Virus record (IMG/VR): IMGVR_UViG_3300049780_000024
Span: 1 to 45,157 of that record
Source of the DNA: a virus
Lineage: Duplodnaviria > Caudoviricetes
Strand: one strand, 5' to 3'
Length of the DNA stretch: 45,157 bases
A program made the translations under genes and the position numbers. The notes beneath the pieces were generated by a model. It did not search any database and had not been told where the DNA came from. It was given only the letters and a program-made list of their open reading frames with translations. This document shows positions 18,603 to 29,221 of the stretch, in pieces; the stretch's first letter is position 1; each line of letters starts with the position of its first letter.

Positions 18603-21600
18603 GTGTCCTTCCTCGTCGCGTCCGGTCACGTGCAGGTCGACGCCAACACGCGAGACGCCAAAGACAAGATCGAAGACCTGGTTCGGTCCCTGTCCGGCGT
18701 CAACCCCTCCGCCCAGGCCGCTGCCACCGCACTGAAAGACCTTGGCAAGCGGGCCGTCACCGCCGGGCAGAACCTCGGGCGCATGGGAGAGCGGGCAGAA
18801 GACGCCGAGCGCGCCCTGGCCGGCCTCCGGGCGGTCGCCGGGGATATTCGGGTCAAGGCCGAACTCGCCGACGAGACCACAGCCGGTGTCGCAGGCGTCA
18901 AAGCTGCCATCGCAGACCTCAAGGCCCAAAGCCCAGTACGCCTTGAGGTCAACTTCTCCGGGGACGCCACACAGATCGCCGCGTCTGCGCAAGCCATGCG
19001 CGATCTCCGTAACGACTCCCGCGACACAGGGCAGTCGCTCAACACCCTCACCGTGAGAGCAGCGGCGGCTGCAGCTGCTCTGAACGAACTGGAGCAGCAG
19101 GCCCAGGATGCTTCCCGGGCGCTGCGTACCCTGCGGGGGCGGGCAGCTGCCACCGCCGCAGCCATGGCCGACCTTCGCGACACCACATCGCGGGCGGCGA
19201 CCGCCCTGCGCAGCATCACCACCCGCGCGGACACTGCCGACGGCCGCTTCAACACCCTGTCCGACCGCACCCGGACACTCCGCGGCGACATGGACGACCT
19301 CGACGGATCTCTGCGCCGTGTCGGCGGCAGCCTCGGCGCCCTACGGCCCCGCGTCGGTGGCCTCGGATCCTCCAGCGGCGACGCCTCCGGGGGCATGCAG
19401 AAGCTGATGCTGGCCGCTATCGGCCTGTCCACCGCGCTCATCCCCATCGCCGCAGCCACCGTGCCGATCATCGCAGGGACAGCAGCGGCCGGCGCCGGGA
19501 TCACCGCCTTCGCTGTGGCCATCGGCCAGCAGGTCACGGAGATGGCCAAGGCCAGTGACGCCACCTCCAAATATGAGGATGCCGTCCGGGACAACGGGCG
19601 CGGCTCGGAGGAAGCAGCCAAGGCAGCCCGGCAGGCACAGATCGCGATGGCGCAGATGCCGCCAGCCACGCAGCAGGCCGCGGCCTCGCTCGGCGTACTC
19701 AAGGACGAGTACGAGGGATGGTCTGACGCCCTGGCCGGCGACACCATGCCCGTCGTCACCAAGTCGCTTGGCCTGTTCCAGGCGATGCTCCCGCATCTGA
19801 CGCCGACTGTGCGGGGAGTCTCCGCGGAGCTGCAGAACCTGCAGAACGTTGCGGCCGGCGGAATGCAGACCGCGGGCTTCGAACGGTTCATGAACAAGTT
19901 GGCCGAGTGGTCCTCCGGGGCGCTGGCCCGGGCCACAATGGGCATGGTCCAGTTCTCGCAGGCCCTGGACTCGGGCGCTGTCGGCTCAGACGTGAACGAA
20001 TTCATGGACTACGTCCGAGCGAACGGTCCGCTTGTCGCTGACACACTGGGCAACCTGGCGAGGGCCGCGATTCACCTCGTGGTGGCCGCGTCCGACATGG
20101 GCGTCAGCGTCCTCGGGGTCGTCAACGTGTTCGCCAAGCTGGTCAACGCGATCCCGACGAGTGTCCTGTCGACCATGCTGCAGCTGTACGCCGCGCTGAA
20201 GCTGGTCAGTGTCGGTGTGGGCTTGCTGTCGGCCGCAGCATCCTCGGGTGCTGTGGCCCGCCTCGCGGCGTATTTTGCGGTGATGCGCGCCGCTGGCGTC
20301 AGCACGACTTTGCGGGCCACGGCCGCGAGCATGACGGCAGTGCAGAAGGCCAGCCTCGGCCTGGGGGTCCTGGCGATCGGGGCGATCGCTATCGACAAGC
20401 TGGCGGACACGGCACGGGGCGCTCCGCCGGACGTGGACCGACTGACGACCAGCCTGAAAACGCTGGCCACCACCGGCAAGTTCGCGGGTGAGCTGCGCGC
20501 CTCCTTCGGGAGCCTTGAGGGCTTGGCGGAAGACTTCAAGAAGCTGAGCGCGGCGCAGCAGGAAGTCGCTCATCAGCAGTCGCAGATGAGCCAGACGGAG
20601 CTGTTCAACTTCAAGAACCGCACCAACCCAGTGGGTGACTGGTTCTGGGGCATGATCGACGACTTCCAGAAGGGCGGCGAGTCGGCCAAAGCCCTTGAGG
20701 AGAAGTTCGGCTCCCTCGACGAGGCCCTTGCCCGTCTCGCCTCTAGCGGTTACGGCAAGCAAGCGGCGCAGGACTTCGAGGTCATCCGTAACGCGCTGCG
20801 CGCGGACGGCTGGTCCGACGCGAAGATCAACGAGACGTTCGACAACTACAAGGCCGCGGTTGCGGACTTGAAGGCTGAGCAGCAGCTGGCCGCCCAGGGC
20901 ATGGGCTTGTTCGGGCAACAGGCTATGGCGACGAAGGCGAAGCTCGACGCCCAGAAGGCCAGCGCAGACGGCTTGCGGGCGAGCATCCTCGCCCTGAACG
21001 ACGTCAACCGGTCGGCCTACGACTCGCAGATCGCATTCGAGCAGGCCATCGATGACCTGAGCGCCGCCTTCAAGGAGAACGGCAACAGCCTCGACATCAG
21101 CACCGAGGCGGGCCGCAAGAACGGCCAGGCCATGTCCGCGGCGGCCAAGGCGCACGACGAGATGATCGCCGCGGGCCTGGCGGCCGGCGAATCTCTGGGC
21201 TCGATGACCAGCAAGTCGGATCAGCTGCGCGCCAAGATGATGCAGCTCGCCACGGCCACGCTCGGCAGCAAGGACAAGGCCCGCGAGTACGTCAACACGC
21301 TCCTTGGCGCCCCCGGCGAGATCAAGACCGTGGTGAAGCTGGAGCGCCAGGAGGCCATCACCGGGCTCCAGGCGGTGCAGGCCGAGATCCGCAAGACACC
21401 GGGCGCGAAGACGGTGACGGTGTCCACACTCAACGCCGCCGCGATCAAGGCCCTTGAAGCTGTGGGCCTGAAGACCCGCCAACTGCCCGACGGGCGCACA
21501 CAGGTCTACACAGCAAACGGTCAGGCCATCGGGTCGATCGGCGCGGTGTCGAAGGCGCTGAGCAGCCTCAATGGCAGGTCTGCGACGACCTACGTCAACA

Positions 21601-22997
21601 ACATCGTCACCACCACGAAGAGAAGCGTCCACGAGGTTGTGGGCGGATACAAGCGTGCCAGCGGCGGCCCTATCCGCCTTGCCGCAGGCGGCACGCCGGG
21701 TGGGCGGGTGGCCGGGGCTGGCACCAGCACGTCTGACTCCATCCCAGCGATGCTGTCTGACGGCGAGTGGGTGATCCAGGCTGCGGCTGTGGAGAAGTAC
21801 GGCGACGCGTTCATGGCTGCCGTGAACGATGGTCGGCTCTCCCTGCCGGGGTTCGCGAAGGGCGGCAAGCTCACCGAGAAGCAGAAGGCTGAGCTGCAGC
21901 GGAAGAAGGAAGCCCGCGGCTACCTGACCGCGAACACCACCCTCACCGACATGTCGCACATTGCCGGGGTGCAGAACGCGGAGATCTCCTCGAAGCTGGG
22001 CAAGGAGCGCAGCGAGGGGGCGCTAGTCGACTTCCTCAACCAGCTGCAGACGCAGGTGTCGAAGGCAGGCTTCTCGAAGGGCACCAACGCTGCTCTGCAG
22101 AAGCAGATCACGTCGTCGGCGAAGAAGCTGTTCGCGCTGAACGACCAGTACGACAAGGTCACCGCCTCGCTGGAGAAGGCGAAGGGAAGCCTCGAAGATC
22201 TGAAGGGCAAGTTCGACAACCTCAAGACCAGCGTGGCCTCGTCTCTCGTCGGCTTCGGCAACATCACCAAGCTCGGCAAGTACGGGACGTCGGCCGACAC
22301 CCTCATTAACCAGCTGCGGTCCGACACCGGGCGCACCACCGAGTTCGCCAAACAACTGGAGCAACTCAAGGCGAAGGGCCTGAACGCGACCGCGATCAGC
22401 AACATCGCACAGGCGGGCGTCACCGGCGGCGGCATGGCCACGGCCCAGTCGCTGCTGAACGCCACCCCTGAGCAGATCGCCGAGATCAACGCCCTCCAGA
22501 AGCAGCTTGAAGCGTCCGCGAACAAAGCGGGCACGGTCACCGCCGACGCCATGTACGGGGCTGGCATCAAGGCCGCCGAGGGCCTGGTGAAAGGCCTGAC
22601 GGCGCAGCAGTCCGCCATCGAAGCGGCCATGATGACCATCGCGAAGGCGATGGAAAAGTCCATCAAGAAGGCCCTCGGCATCAAGTCGCCGGCCAAGGTG
22701 ATGGAGCCGATCGGCGACTTCGCGTTCCAGGGTGTCGAGGCCGGCTGGGTCAAGCGCATGGCCCAGGGCAACACGCTCCTCACGGGCAGCACCGCCGGGC
22801 TGCGCACCAAGCCGACCATGCTCCGAGCCGCAGTGCCTGCAGCTACGGCGGCCGGTGCAGCGCCCTCCGTGAACCTGACGGCGACGTTCAACACGATGAC
22901 GCTTCCGGCACCGGCCGAGCGGAAGGCTTTCGCAGTGGCCATGGCGAAGGACATCAACGACGCGCTCCTCGACTACCAGAAGGGCAGGCGCCGCTGA
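18603..22997 (+). CDS. Tape measure protein
   Basis: 1464 aa, Ala-rich and helical; GTSTSDSIPAMLSDGEWV and LGIKSPAK motifs. Confidence 0.92.
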   Translation: MSFLVASGHVQVDANTRDAKDKIEDLVRSLSGVNPSAQAAATALKDLGKRAVTAGQNLGRMGERAEDAERALAGLRAVAGDIRVKAELADETTAGVAGVKAAIADLKAQSPVRLEVNFSGDATQIAASAQAMRDLRNDSRDTGQSLNTLTVRAAAAAAALNELEQQAQDASRALRTLRGRAAATAAAMADLRDTTSRAATALRSITTRADTADGRFNTLSDRTRTLRGDMDDLDGSLRRVGGSLGALRPRVGGLGSSSGDASGGMQKLMLAAIGLSTALIPIAAATVPIIAGTAAAGAGITAFAVAIGQQVTEMAKASDATSKYEDAVRDNGRGSEEAAKAARQAQIAMAQMPPATQQAAASLGVLKDEYEGWSDALAGDTMPVVTKSLGLFQAMLPHLTPTVRGVSAELQNLQNVAAGGMQTAGFERFMNKLAEWSSGALARATMGMVQFSQALDSGAVGSDVNEFMDYVRANGPLVADTLGNLARAAIHLVVAASDMGVSVLGVVNVFAKLVNAIPTSVLSTMLQLYAALKLVSVGVGLLSAAASSGAVARLAAYFAVMRAAGVSTTLRATAASMTAVQKASLGLGVLAIGAIAIDKLADTARGAPPDVDRLTTSLKTLATTGKFAGELRASFGSLEGLAEDFKKLSAAQQEVAHQQSQMSQTELFNFKNRTNPVGDWFWGMIDDFQKGGESAKALEEKFGSLDEALARLASSGYGKQAAQDFEVIRNALRADGWSDAKINETFDNYKAAVADLKAEQQLAAQGMGLFGQQAMATKAKLDAQKASADGLRASILALNDVNRSAYDSQIAFEQAIDDLSAAFKENGNSLDISTEAGRKNGQAMSAAAKAHDEMIAAGLAAGESLGSMTSKSDQLRAKMMQLATATLGSKDKAREYVNTLLGAPGEIKTVVKLERQEAITGLQAVQAEIRKTPGAKTVTVSTLNAAAIKALEAVGLKTRQLPDGRTQVYTANGQAIGSIGAVSKALSSLNGRSATTYVNNIVTTTKRSVHEVVGGYKRASGGPIRLAAGGTPGGRVAGAGTSTSDSIPAMLSDGEWVIQAAAVEKYGDAFMAAVNDGRLSLPGFAKGGKLTEKQKAELQRKKEARGYLTANTTLTDMSHIAGVQNAEISSKLGKERSEGALVDFLNQLQTQVSKAGFSKGTNAALQKQITSSAKKLFALNDQYDKVTASLEKAKGSLEDLKGKFDNLKTSVASSLVGFGNITKLGKYGTSADTLINQLRSDTGRTTEFAKQLEQLKAKGLNATAISNIAQAGVTGGGMATAQSLLNATPEQIAEINALQKQLEASANKAGTVTADAMYGAGIKAAEGLVKGLTAQQSAIEAAMMTIAKAMEKSIKKALGIKSPAKVMEPIGDFAFQGVEAGWVKRMAQGNTLLTGSTAGLRTKPTMLRAAVPAATAAGAAPSVNLTATFNTMTLPAPAERKAFAVAMAKDINDALLDYQKGRRR

Positions 22998-24643
22998 TGC
23001 CACAGGGAGACTGGGGAGACCTGAAGATCGGCCGTCTGCTACTGCGGGAAACGTTCAAGGAGAGCGAGTCGGTCAGCACGCAGCGCACGCTTGATCTGGA
23101 GGGGCAGGAGTCCTCTCCGCCGCTGACGCGCAGCGAGCTGGTGTGGCGGCACGACAACATCACCGCCCTGGAGTCCGGCACGGTGATGCCGCTTACGTTC
23201 ACCGACAAGCCGGAGCGGAACGCTTACGTCAACGTCGACTCCGTGTCGGCGGACTACACGGAGTGGCGCACCGACGTCGTCATCTCGGACTGGAAGCTGG
23301 GCCTGACGAGGCTCGGCTCCGACGCCGAGGTCGACCTGCAAAGCAGGCTCACGGGTGTCGCACGGGTCAACGACTTCTCCCTGACGGGGGAGCGCTGGCA
23401 CGCCCCGCCAATCGGCCACTACGGCTACCAGACCGGCACCACCAACGCGACCGTCATGACCCGCACCGGAGCCGACGGCGCCATCACCGTGTACCGCGGC
23501 ATCCCCGCCGGGGTGTCGCCACGCTGGGGGTGTGCGCCCGCCTCCTACATGAACGGGCGGGTGCGGCTCACATCGAGCGGCACGGAACTGTGCGGCGTCG
23601 ACCAGTCCCTGGCGGCCACGGGCTGGGCGCTGACGAACGGTCTCGTCAACGTCACCCCCGGCGCGTCCGGCACGCTCGACGTGCAGGCCTACACCGACGG
23701 GGGATGGCGCTCCAAGCTGTGGAACGTCAGCGCTTCCGGCAGCGCCTCCTCGATCACGTCGTGGGACGGGGCCACGCTGCTCCGCAACGACCCCGAGCAC
23801 GTCATCCTGCGGCTCACCAAGGGATTGAATCCCGGGCGGGCCACCCTCGACCTCACGCTGCGGCGCGGGTCCCGCACCGTAGAGGGCTACCTGCAGACCA
23901 CCACCTCGAACACCCTCGCCGTCTACCGGTCGGCCGCGGAGACGAACACGTCGTTCGCCGCGTCCGGCTACATCACCGCCACCGACGACGACGCCGACGG
24001 AAGCCGCTTCGCCATCGGCTCAGCCCGGACGTTCACCGCGCACAGCAACGGCGGCATCCAGAAGGCGGCCACGACCAGCCTGGACTTCTGGATTGGGGCC
24101 GTCGCCTCCCAGCCCACGCTGAACTCGAACCCCACGTTCGCCACCGACACCTCGGGCTGGACCGCCACAAACGCCACCCTCACCCGCTCCAACGCACAGG
24201 CCAAATACGGCGGCTGGTCCGGGCTGCTCACCGCCACAGCAGGGTCGGCACCACGCGCCCAATCAACACCGAACACGGCCGTCACCACCGGCCAGAGCTA
24301 CCGGGCATCGGGCTGGCTGTACGCGCCCACCACCCTCGCAGCCGGCGCAGCGGTGAACATCAACTGGTACGACGGCTCAGGCGCCTACCTGTCCACGTCG
24401 TCGAACTCCAGCACACCCGCCTCCGGAACGTGGGTGCCCTACGACGCGAACTTCACCGCCCCAGCCAGCGCCGCGTTCGCTGCGGTGCTGTTCACGATGA
24501 ATGGCACCCCGGGCGCTGGGGTGCTGCTGTACGGCGACGACATCCGGCTGCGTGCCGCCACCCCATCCGGTGACGCAGTGACGGACCTGCGGAACCAGTA
24601 CATCGGCGCCCTGCCCGAGACGATCTACTGCGTGAGGCGGTGA
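22997..24643 (+). CDS. Distal tail/baseplate protein with CBM4/9-like insert
   Basis: First gene after TMP; NPTFATDTSGW...YGDDIRL carbohydrate-binding-like module. Confidence 0.65.
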   Translation: MPQGDWGDLKIGRLLLRETFKESESVSTQRTLDLEGQESSPPLTRSELVWRHDNITALESGTVMPLTFTDKPERNAYVNVDSVSADYTEWRTDVVISDWKLGLTRLGSDAEVDLQSRLTGVARVNDFSLTGERWHAPPIGHYGYQTGTTNATVMTRTGADGAITVYRGIPAGVSPRWGCAPASYMNGRVRLTSSGTELCGVDQSLAATGWALTNGLVNVTPGASGTLDVQAYTDGGWRSKLWNVSASGSASSITSWDGATLLRNDPEHVILRLTKGLNPGRATLDLTLRRGSRTVEGYLQTTTSNTLAVYRSAAETNTSFAASGYITATDDDADGSRFAIGSARTFTAHSNGGIQKAATTSLDFWIGAVASQPTLNSNPTFATDTSGWTATNATLTRSNAQAKYGGWSGLLTATAGSAPRAQSTPNTAVTTGQSYRASGWLYAPTTLAAGAAVNINWYDGSGAYLSTSSNSSTPASGTWVPYDANFTAPASAAFAAVLFTMNGTPGAGVLLYGDDIRLRAATPSGDAVTDLRNQYIGALPETIYCVRR

Positions 24644-24646
24644 CCT

Positions 24647-27517
24647 GTGACCGTCAACCAGGTACTTGGCGCCCTCGGCTCCTGGGACATCACGCTCACC
24701 TCGACGACCCCGCCCGACCTCTGGGACGCGATCGACTTCTTCGGGCACGTCGCCTTCATCCCCGGCCGGCTCGACCCCGCCCAGTACGGCGACAACCTCC
24801 TCGATGCGGCCCGCTACGTCGGTGTCGTCCGTAAGCGCGACAACTCGGGCGATGACCGGCGCACCAAGCAGATCGAGCAGGGCTACGAGCTCGGCGGCGT
24901 CGGCATGAACTTCTGGCTCGGCGACGACGAAGACAAGGGCGACGTCTACGAGACCCCCGTCACGATCAACAGCGCCACCTTCGCCAACGCCATCCGCGCC
25001 CTGCTGCCCGCCTCCGGAGCCGTCACAGAAGGCACGCTCCACAACGTCCCCGGCACCTACTCGGGCCGCCATCAGTACGAGACGCCCCGCAAGGCGGCCA
25101 GCTACGTGTGCGACACGTTCACCGCATCCTCAGGGCAGAAGGTCGGCTGGAGGGTCAACGGTGACGGCACCCTCGACGCCGGCTTCGAGAGCGACCTCTA
25201 CGTCACCGACCCGCGGTGCGTGATCTCCCGCAAGACCGCGGGCAAGGACACGTCCGGCGTCGAGTCGGTGCCGGGAGCCTTCGGCGTCAGCCGCGACGTG
25301 GAGGACTACACCACCCGCGTAGTGCTACTCGCCGAGGGGGAGGGCGAGTCGATCACCACCGGCACCGCAGACATCTCACCCGGCCTGAACCCCTACAAGA
25401 ACATCCACGGCGGGGCGCTGAAGCTGACCCGGCTGGCGTCGGAGTCCGACACGGGCGTCACCCTCGCCGATACCCGAGCCGAACTGCTGCTGTCCCAGTA
25501 CACGAACTCGCAGGATGAGCTGGTCGTCGAGACCGACAATTACTACATCGAGGGCAGCTTCACCGTCGGCGACTACGTCTGGGTGTGGGATCCCAGCGCC
25601 GGCCTCGTCGACCCGAATGAGGAGATCACGTTCCGCGGGGAACGCCTCAACCCGATCAAGTTGCAGGTGACAGAGGCCAAGTGGCCGATCACCGAGGGGT
25701 ACACGGTCGCCTACCGGGCCGCTAGCGGCACCTGGTACGACCTCACCGACCACGTCGAATGGGACAACAGCCACACCGTCTACGTCACCGTCGGCGGCTT
25801 CGCCCGCGCCCTCGAAGGATCCGGCGCACAGCCCATCGGCACCCGCCCCAGCCAAGACACCAGCATCCCCGGCGTACCCACGTTCGTCACCCCGTTCACC
25901 GGCAGCGCCTACCTCGACTCCCGCGGCTACACCCGCGCCCGCGCCATCCTTGCCTGGAACGCCCCGAACAACGTCGACGGCAGCACCGTGTTGGACGGCG
26001 ACCACTACGAGATCCGCTACGCCGTCGACGCCGACCTCATCTACCCCGCCACCTGGACCCAGGTTTCCCAGATCAGTTGGGGCGACATGGAAACCTGGGG
26101 GCAGCCCTTCGTAGCCCCCACCGGCCAGTGGCAGACGATGTTCGTCGCATGGGGCGAATCCACGGCGCAGCTCAACGACCTCAGTCCGGGTGTCGGCTAC
26201 GACGTGCAGATCCGGGCCGTCGACAAGGCCGGCAACCGCGGGGCCTGGTCCAATACGGCCACCTTCGTGGCGTCCGAGGACAACATCCCGCCCAGCACTC
26301 CGGCCGCCCCGTCCGTGGCCGGCTCCCGCATCGCCCTGCAGATCACGCACACCCTCGGCAAGAGCAGCGGCGGCACCTACAACTTGGAGTCGGACCTGCA
26401 GCATCTGGAGATCCACGTCTCCTACGAGCCGAACTTCACCCCTAGCGAGTCCACCCTCAAGGGCAAGGTCAACGCCACTGCTGGGATGATCCAGGCGCAG
26501 ATCCCGGCCGTGACCACAGTGCAGGTAGAGGAGATCACCGCCCGCTACGTGCGCGTGGTGGCCGTCGATAAGACCGGCAACAAGTCCGGCCCGTCCGACG
26601 CGGCAAGCGCCACTGCGCTCCTCATCGACAACGCCCACATCTCCGACCTCACCGTCAGCAAGGTCACCGCTGGCACGATCGGCGCGGACTGGATCGTCGG
26701 CGCCCGCATCAAAACCGCCGACACCGGGGCCCGCGTCGAACTCAACTCCGGCGGCATCGGCTGCTGGAATGCCGCCGGCCAGCAGACCGTCGCGATCGCC
26801 GCGGCGGACGGCTCGGTGTCCATCGTTGGCCAGCTCATCTCCGGCACCTCCGGCCGCCGCCTGGAGATCATGCCAACGTCGACGCTCCTGCCGGAGCTGC
26901 GGTTCTACGCCAACAGCGGCAGCAACTATGCCTACATCAACACGAGCAGTACGGGCACCGACTCCAACATCGGCGTCAACAGTGGAACGTTCGACGACAG
27001 CGGCGTCGACGTCTACGCCCGCGCCTACCTCAACAGCGGCACAAGCGAGATCGCCGTCATCCGCGCCGACACCCAGGCCCGCCGCGGCGGCTACAGCCGC
27101 TACACGACCAACAGCTTCTTCGCCGGATACAACAGCGGCGGCACCGATGGAGGCGTGTACTCGGCGACGGCCAGCCAAGCCAAGATCGGCTGGGACAACG
27201 GCACCGCCTCCACCGCGAACTACTGGCAATTCGAGAGCGGCCTCACCCGCCACATCGGCCGCTACCGGGACTTCGTCGCCGCCGACTCCAACGAAGGCCT
27301 CTTCACCGGCTCGGTGTCGCCGACATCCGGCGCCTCCAGCTGGGCCGCCAGCTTCGGCCCGACCATGCTCACCCAGCTACTACCGATCGTGTCAATCCGC
27401 GACGACGTCGTCCACTCCAACGCGATCACCGACTCCACAACAACCGGATTCACCGTGACCATCAGCCCCGCCGCCAGCGGCGCCTGGTCGGTGTATTTCT
27501 GGGCCTTCAGGATCTAA
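24647..27517 (+). CDS. Central tail fibre/hub protein with FN3 domains
   Basis: LSPGVGYDVQIRAVDKAGN and YVRVVAVDKTGN FN3-type strands. Confidence 0.75.
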   Translation: MTVNQVLGALGSWDITLTSTTPPDLWDAIDFFGHVAFIPGRLDPAQYGDNLLDAARYVGVVRKRDNSGDDRRTKQIEQGYELGGVGMNFWLGDDEDKGDVYETPVTINSATFANAIRALLPASGAVTEGTLHNVPGTYSGRHQYETPRKAASYVCDTFTASSGQKVGWRVNGDGTLDAGFESDLYVTDPRCVISRKTAGKDTSGVESVPGAFGVSRDVEDYTTRVVLLAEGEGESITTGTADISPGLNPYKNIHGGALKLTRLASESDTGVTLADTRAELLLSQYTNSQDELVVETDNYYIEGSFTVGDYVWVWDPSAGLVDPNEEITFRGERLNPIKLQVTEAKWPITEGYTVAYRAASGTWYDLTDHVEWDNSHTVYVTVGGFARALEGSGAQPIGTRPSQDTSIPGVPTFVTPFTGSAYLDSRGYTRARAILAWNAPNNVDGSTVLDGDHYEIRYAVDADLIYPATWTQVSQISWGDMETWGQPFVAPTGQWQTMFVAWGESTAQLNDLSPGVGYDVQIRAVDKAGNRGAWSNTATFVASEDNIPPSTPAAPSVAGSRIALQITHTLGKSSGGTYNLESDLQHLEIHVSYEPNFTPSESTLKGKVNATAGMIQAQIPAVTTVQVEEITARYVRVVAVDKTGNKSGPSDAASATALLIDNAHISDLTVSKVTAGTIGADWIVGARIKTADTGARVELNSGGIGCWNAAGQQTVAIAAADGSVSIVGQLISGTSGRRLEIMPTSTLLPELRFYANSGSNYAYINTSSTGTDSNIGVNSGTFDDSGVDVYARAYLNSGTSEIAVIRADTQARRGGYSRYTTNSFFAGYNSGGTDGGVYSATASQAKIGWDNGTASTANYWQFESGLTRHIGRYRDFVAADSNEGLFTGSVSPTSGASSWAASFGPTMLTQLLPIVSIRDDVVHSNAITDSTTTGFTVTISPAASGAWSVYFWAFRI

Positions 27518-27526
27518 GGGAACCTA

Positions 27527-28108
27527 ATGGACATTTATCAAGTGGAGAGCGCCGAAGCCACGACCACAGCACAGGGCACACCCATCTGGATGGTGTCCAT
27601 GCGCAAGCCCGACGGCACGATCCACGCCCACAGCTTCCCGCCGTCGACGATCGAATGGCGCATGGCCGAGTACGGGCTGGACAGCGTCGATGAGGCTCTC
27701 GACATCATCCTCCACGAGCCGTGGGCCGCCGACCCCACCGACCCCACCGTGGGCCGCGAGGACCCTGCCGCCGTCGCCGGCATGACGGTGCTCCGGGCTG
27801 GGGTCAAGACCGCCGAGCCGATCCGCCTCCACAACGCCCCGACGATCGCCGACGCCCGCGAGGCGCACCGGCTGCGCATCGCTGATGCCAAGACCCGCAT
27901 CCGGATCACGCCCCCGAAGGGGAAGCAGGATCCACTCGACATCATCCGGCAGCAACATGGCGTCACGGGCGAAGGCCTGCGCCAGAAGGCGGCGCTCGTC
28001 GACTCAGCACGGCGCGCCGTCCGCGGCGAGACCACCCCCACCAAGCCGGACATCATCGTCGACCCCGAGGCGCACAGCCGCACCGTGAAGGAGACGAGCC
28101 GTGCCTGA
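27527..28108 (+). CDS. Minor tail-region protein
   Basis: Operonic; overlaps next gene. Confidence 0.7.
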   Translation: MDIYQVESAEATTTAQGTPIWMVSMRKPDGTIHAHSFPPSTIEWRMAEYGLDSVDEALDIILHEPWAADPTDPTVGREDPAAVAGMTVLRAGVKTAEPIRLHNAPTIADAREAHRLRIADAKTRIRITPPKGKQDPLDIIRQQHGVTGEGLRQKAALVDSARRAVRGETTPTKPDIIVDPEAHSRTVKETSRA

Positions 28109-29000
28109 CACCCCCACCACACGGTTGGGCATGTACAAGTCCGCCTCCGACGGGTCCGAAGACGTGTCCTACACGCAGGACATAGGCCAGAACCTGGACA
28201 AGCTCGACGCCGCGGTCGGCTTCCAGATCGTCACCTCGTCGACGCGTCCGTCATCGCCGTTCCCTGGCAAGCCCATCGCCGAGTCCGACACGGCCTACCG
28301 CACCTACTTCTCCAACGGCACAGCGCCGGCCTCGGCTTCGTGGGTGGAAATCCCCAATGGCTCTGCCACCTACAACAGCAACCTCGCCCTGGCCGCCGGG
28401 AAGACGATCAGCTTCGGCGGCGACGTCACCGTGTCCAGGGCGGCAGCGGGCCGGCTGGCTATCACCGGCACCAACGCCGGCCTCGTCATCGGCTCGGCCA
28501 CCTACCAGAACGCGCTCACTGCCGCCGCGGCCACGGTCGCGAACACCACTACCGAAACGGTGGTGGGCACCTTCACGATCCCCGCGAACGACGCCGTGGT
28601 CGGGGCCACCTACCGCGCCCGCCTCATCACCAACGTGAGCTTCCTGGCGTCCGCACAGCTCACCTGGCGCGCCCGTCTCGGCGGCGTCGCCGGCACCCAG
28701 CTCGCTGCGGCAGGGCCGACCACCCTGAGCGGGACGGCGCAGACCAACAAGGAGTCAATCGTCGAGGTCGATCTCGTGTGCGTCTCCACTGGGGCGTCCG
28801 GCTCGTGGTTCGCCATGCTGTCCGAGCAGCGCAACTCCACCCAGACCGGCAGCGTCGGCGACATTCAGCTCGGCTCTAGCGACGGCACCATCACCCGCGA
28901 CACCACCGCATCGAACGCGTTCGTCATCACCGCCCAGTGGGCCGCCGCATCCGCCTCGAACACCCTGACGGCCCGCTGCGTCATGGAACGCGTCGCCTAG
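28101..29000 (+). CDS. Minor tail/fibre protein, Ser/Thr-rich
   Basis: TTRLGMYK...NLDKLD N-terminus typical of tail fibres. Confidence 0.7.
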   Translation: MPDTPTTRLGMYKSASDGSEDVSYTQDIGQNLDKLDAAVGFQIVTSSTRPSSPFPGKPIAESDTAYRTYFSNGTAPASASWVEIPNGSATYNSNLALAAGKTISFGGDVTVSRAAAGRLAITGTNAGLVIGSATYQNALTAAAATVANTTTETVVGTFTIPANDAVVGATYRARLITNVSFLASAQLTWRARLGGVAGTQLAAAGPTTLSGTAQTNKESIVEVDLVCVSTGASGSWFAMLSEQRNSTQTGSVGDIQLGSSDGTITRDTTASNAFVITAQWAAASASNTLTARCVMERVA

Positions 29001-29221
29001 CCGCGCTCGCTGTCATCGAGGAACGAGGGCTGCGCTGCCTCCGGGCCAGCGGCCAGCGGTTCCTGAGCGAGCGACTGCTGCCCCAGGTCTCTCAGCTGCC
29101 GCTGGAGGCTGGCCACATGGGAGCGCAGGAGAAGGTTCTCGTCGAAGAGCTCGCTGCACCGCTGCCGGTACACAGGGAACGCGTCCTCGACAGGGATCTG
29201 CTGGTTCTGGGGCTGGTTCAC
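28997..29221 (-). CDS. Small coiled-coil protein
   Basis: ELFDENLLLRSHVASLQRQL heptads; coupled to upstream gene. Confidence 0.65.
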   Translation of the reverse strand: MNQPQNQQIPVEDAFPVYRQRCSELFDENLLLRSHVASLQRQLRDLGQQSLAQEPLAAGPEAAQPSFLDDSERG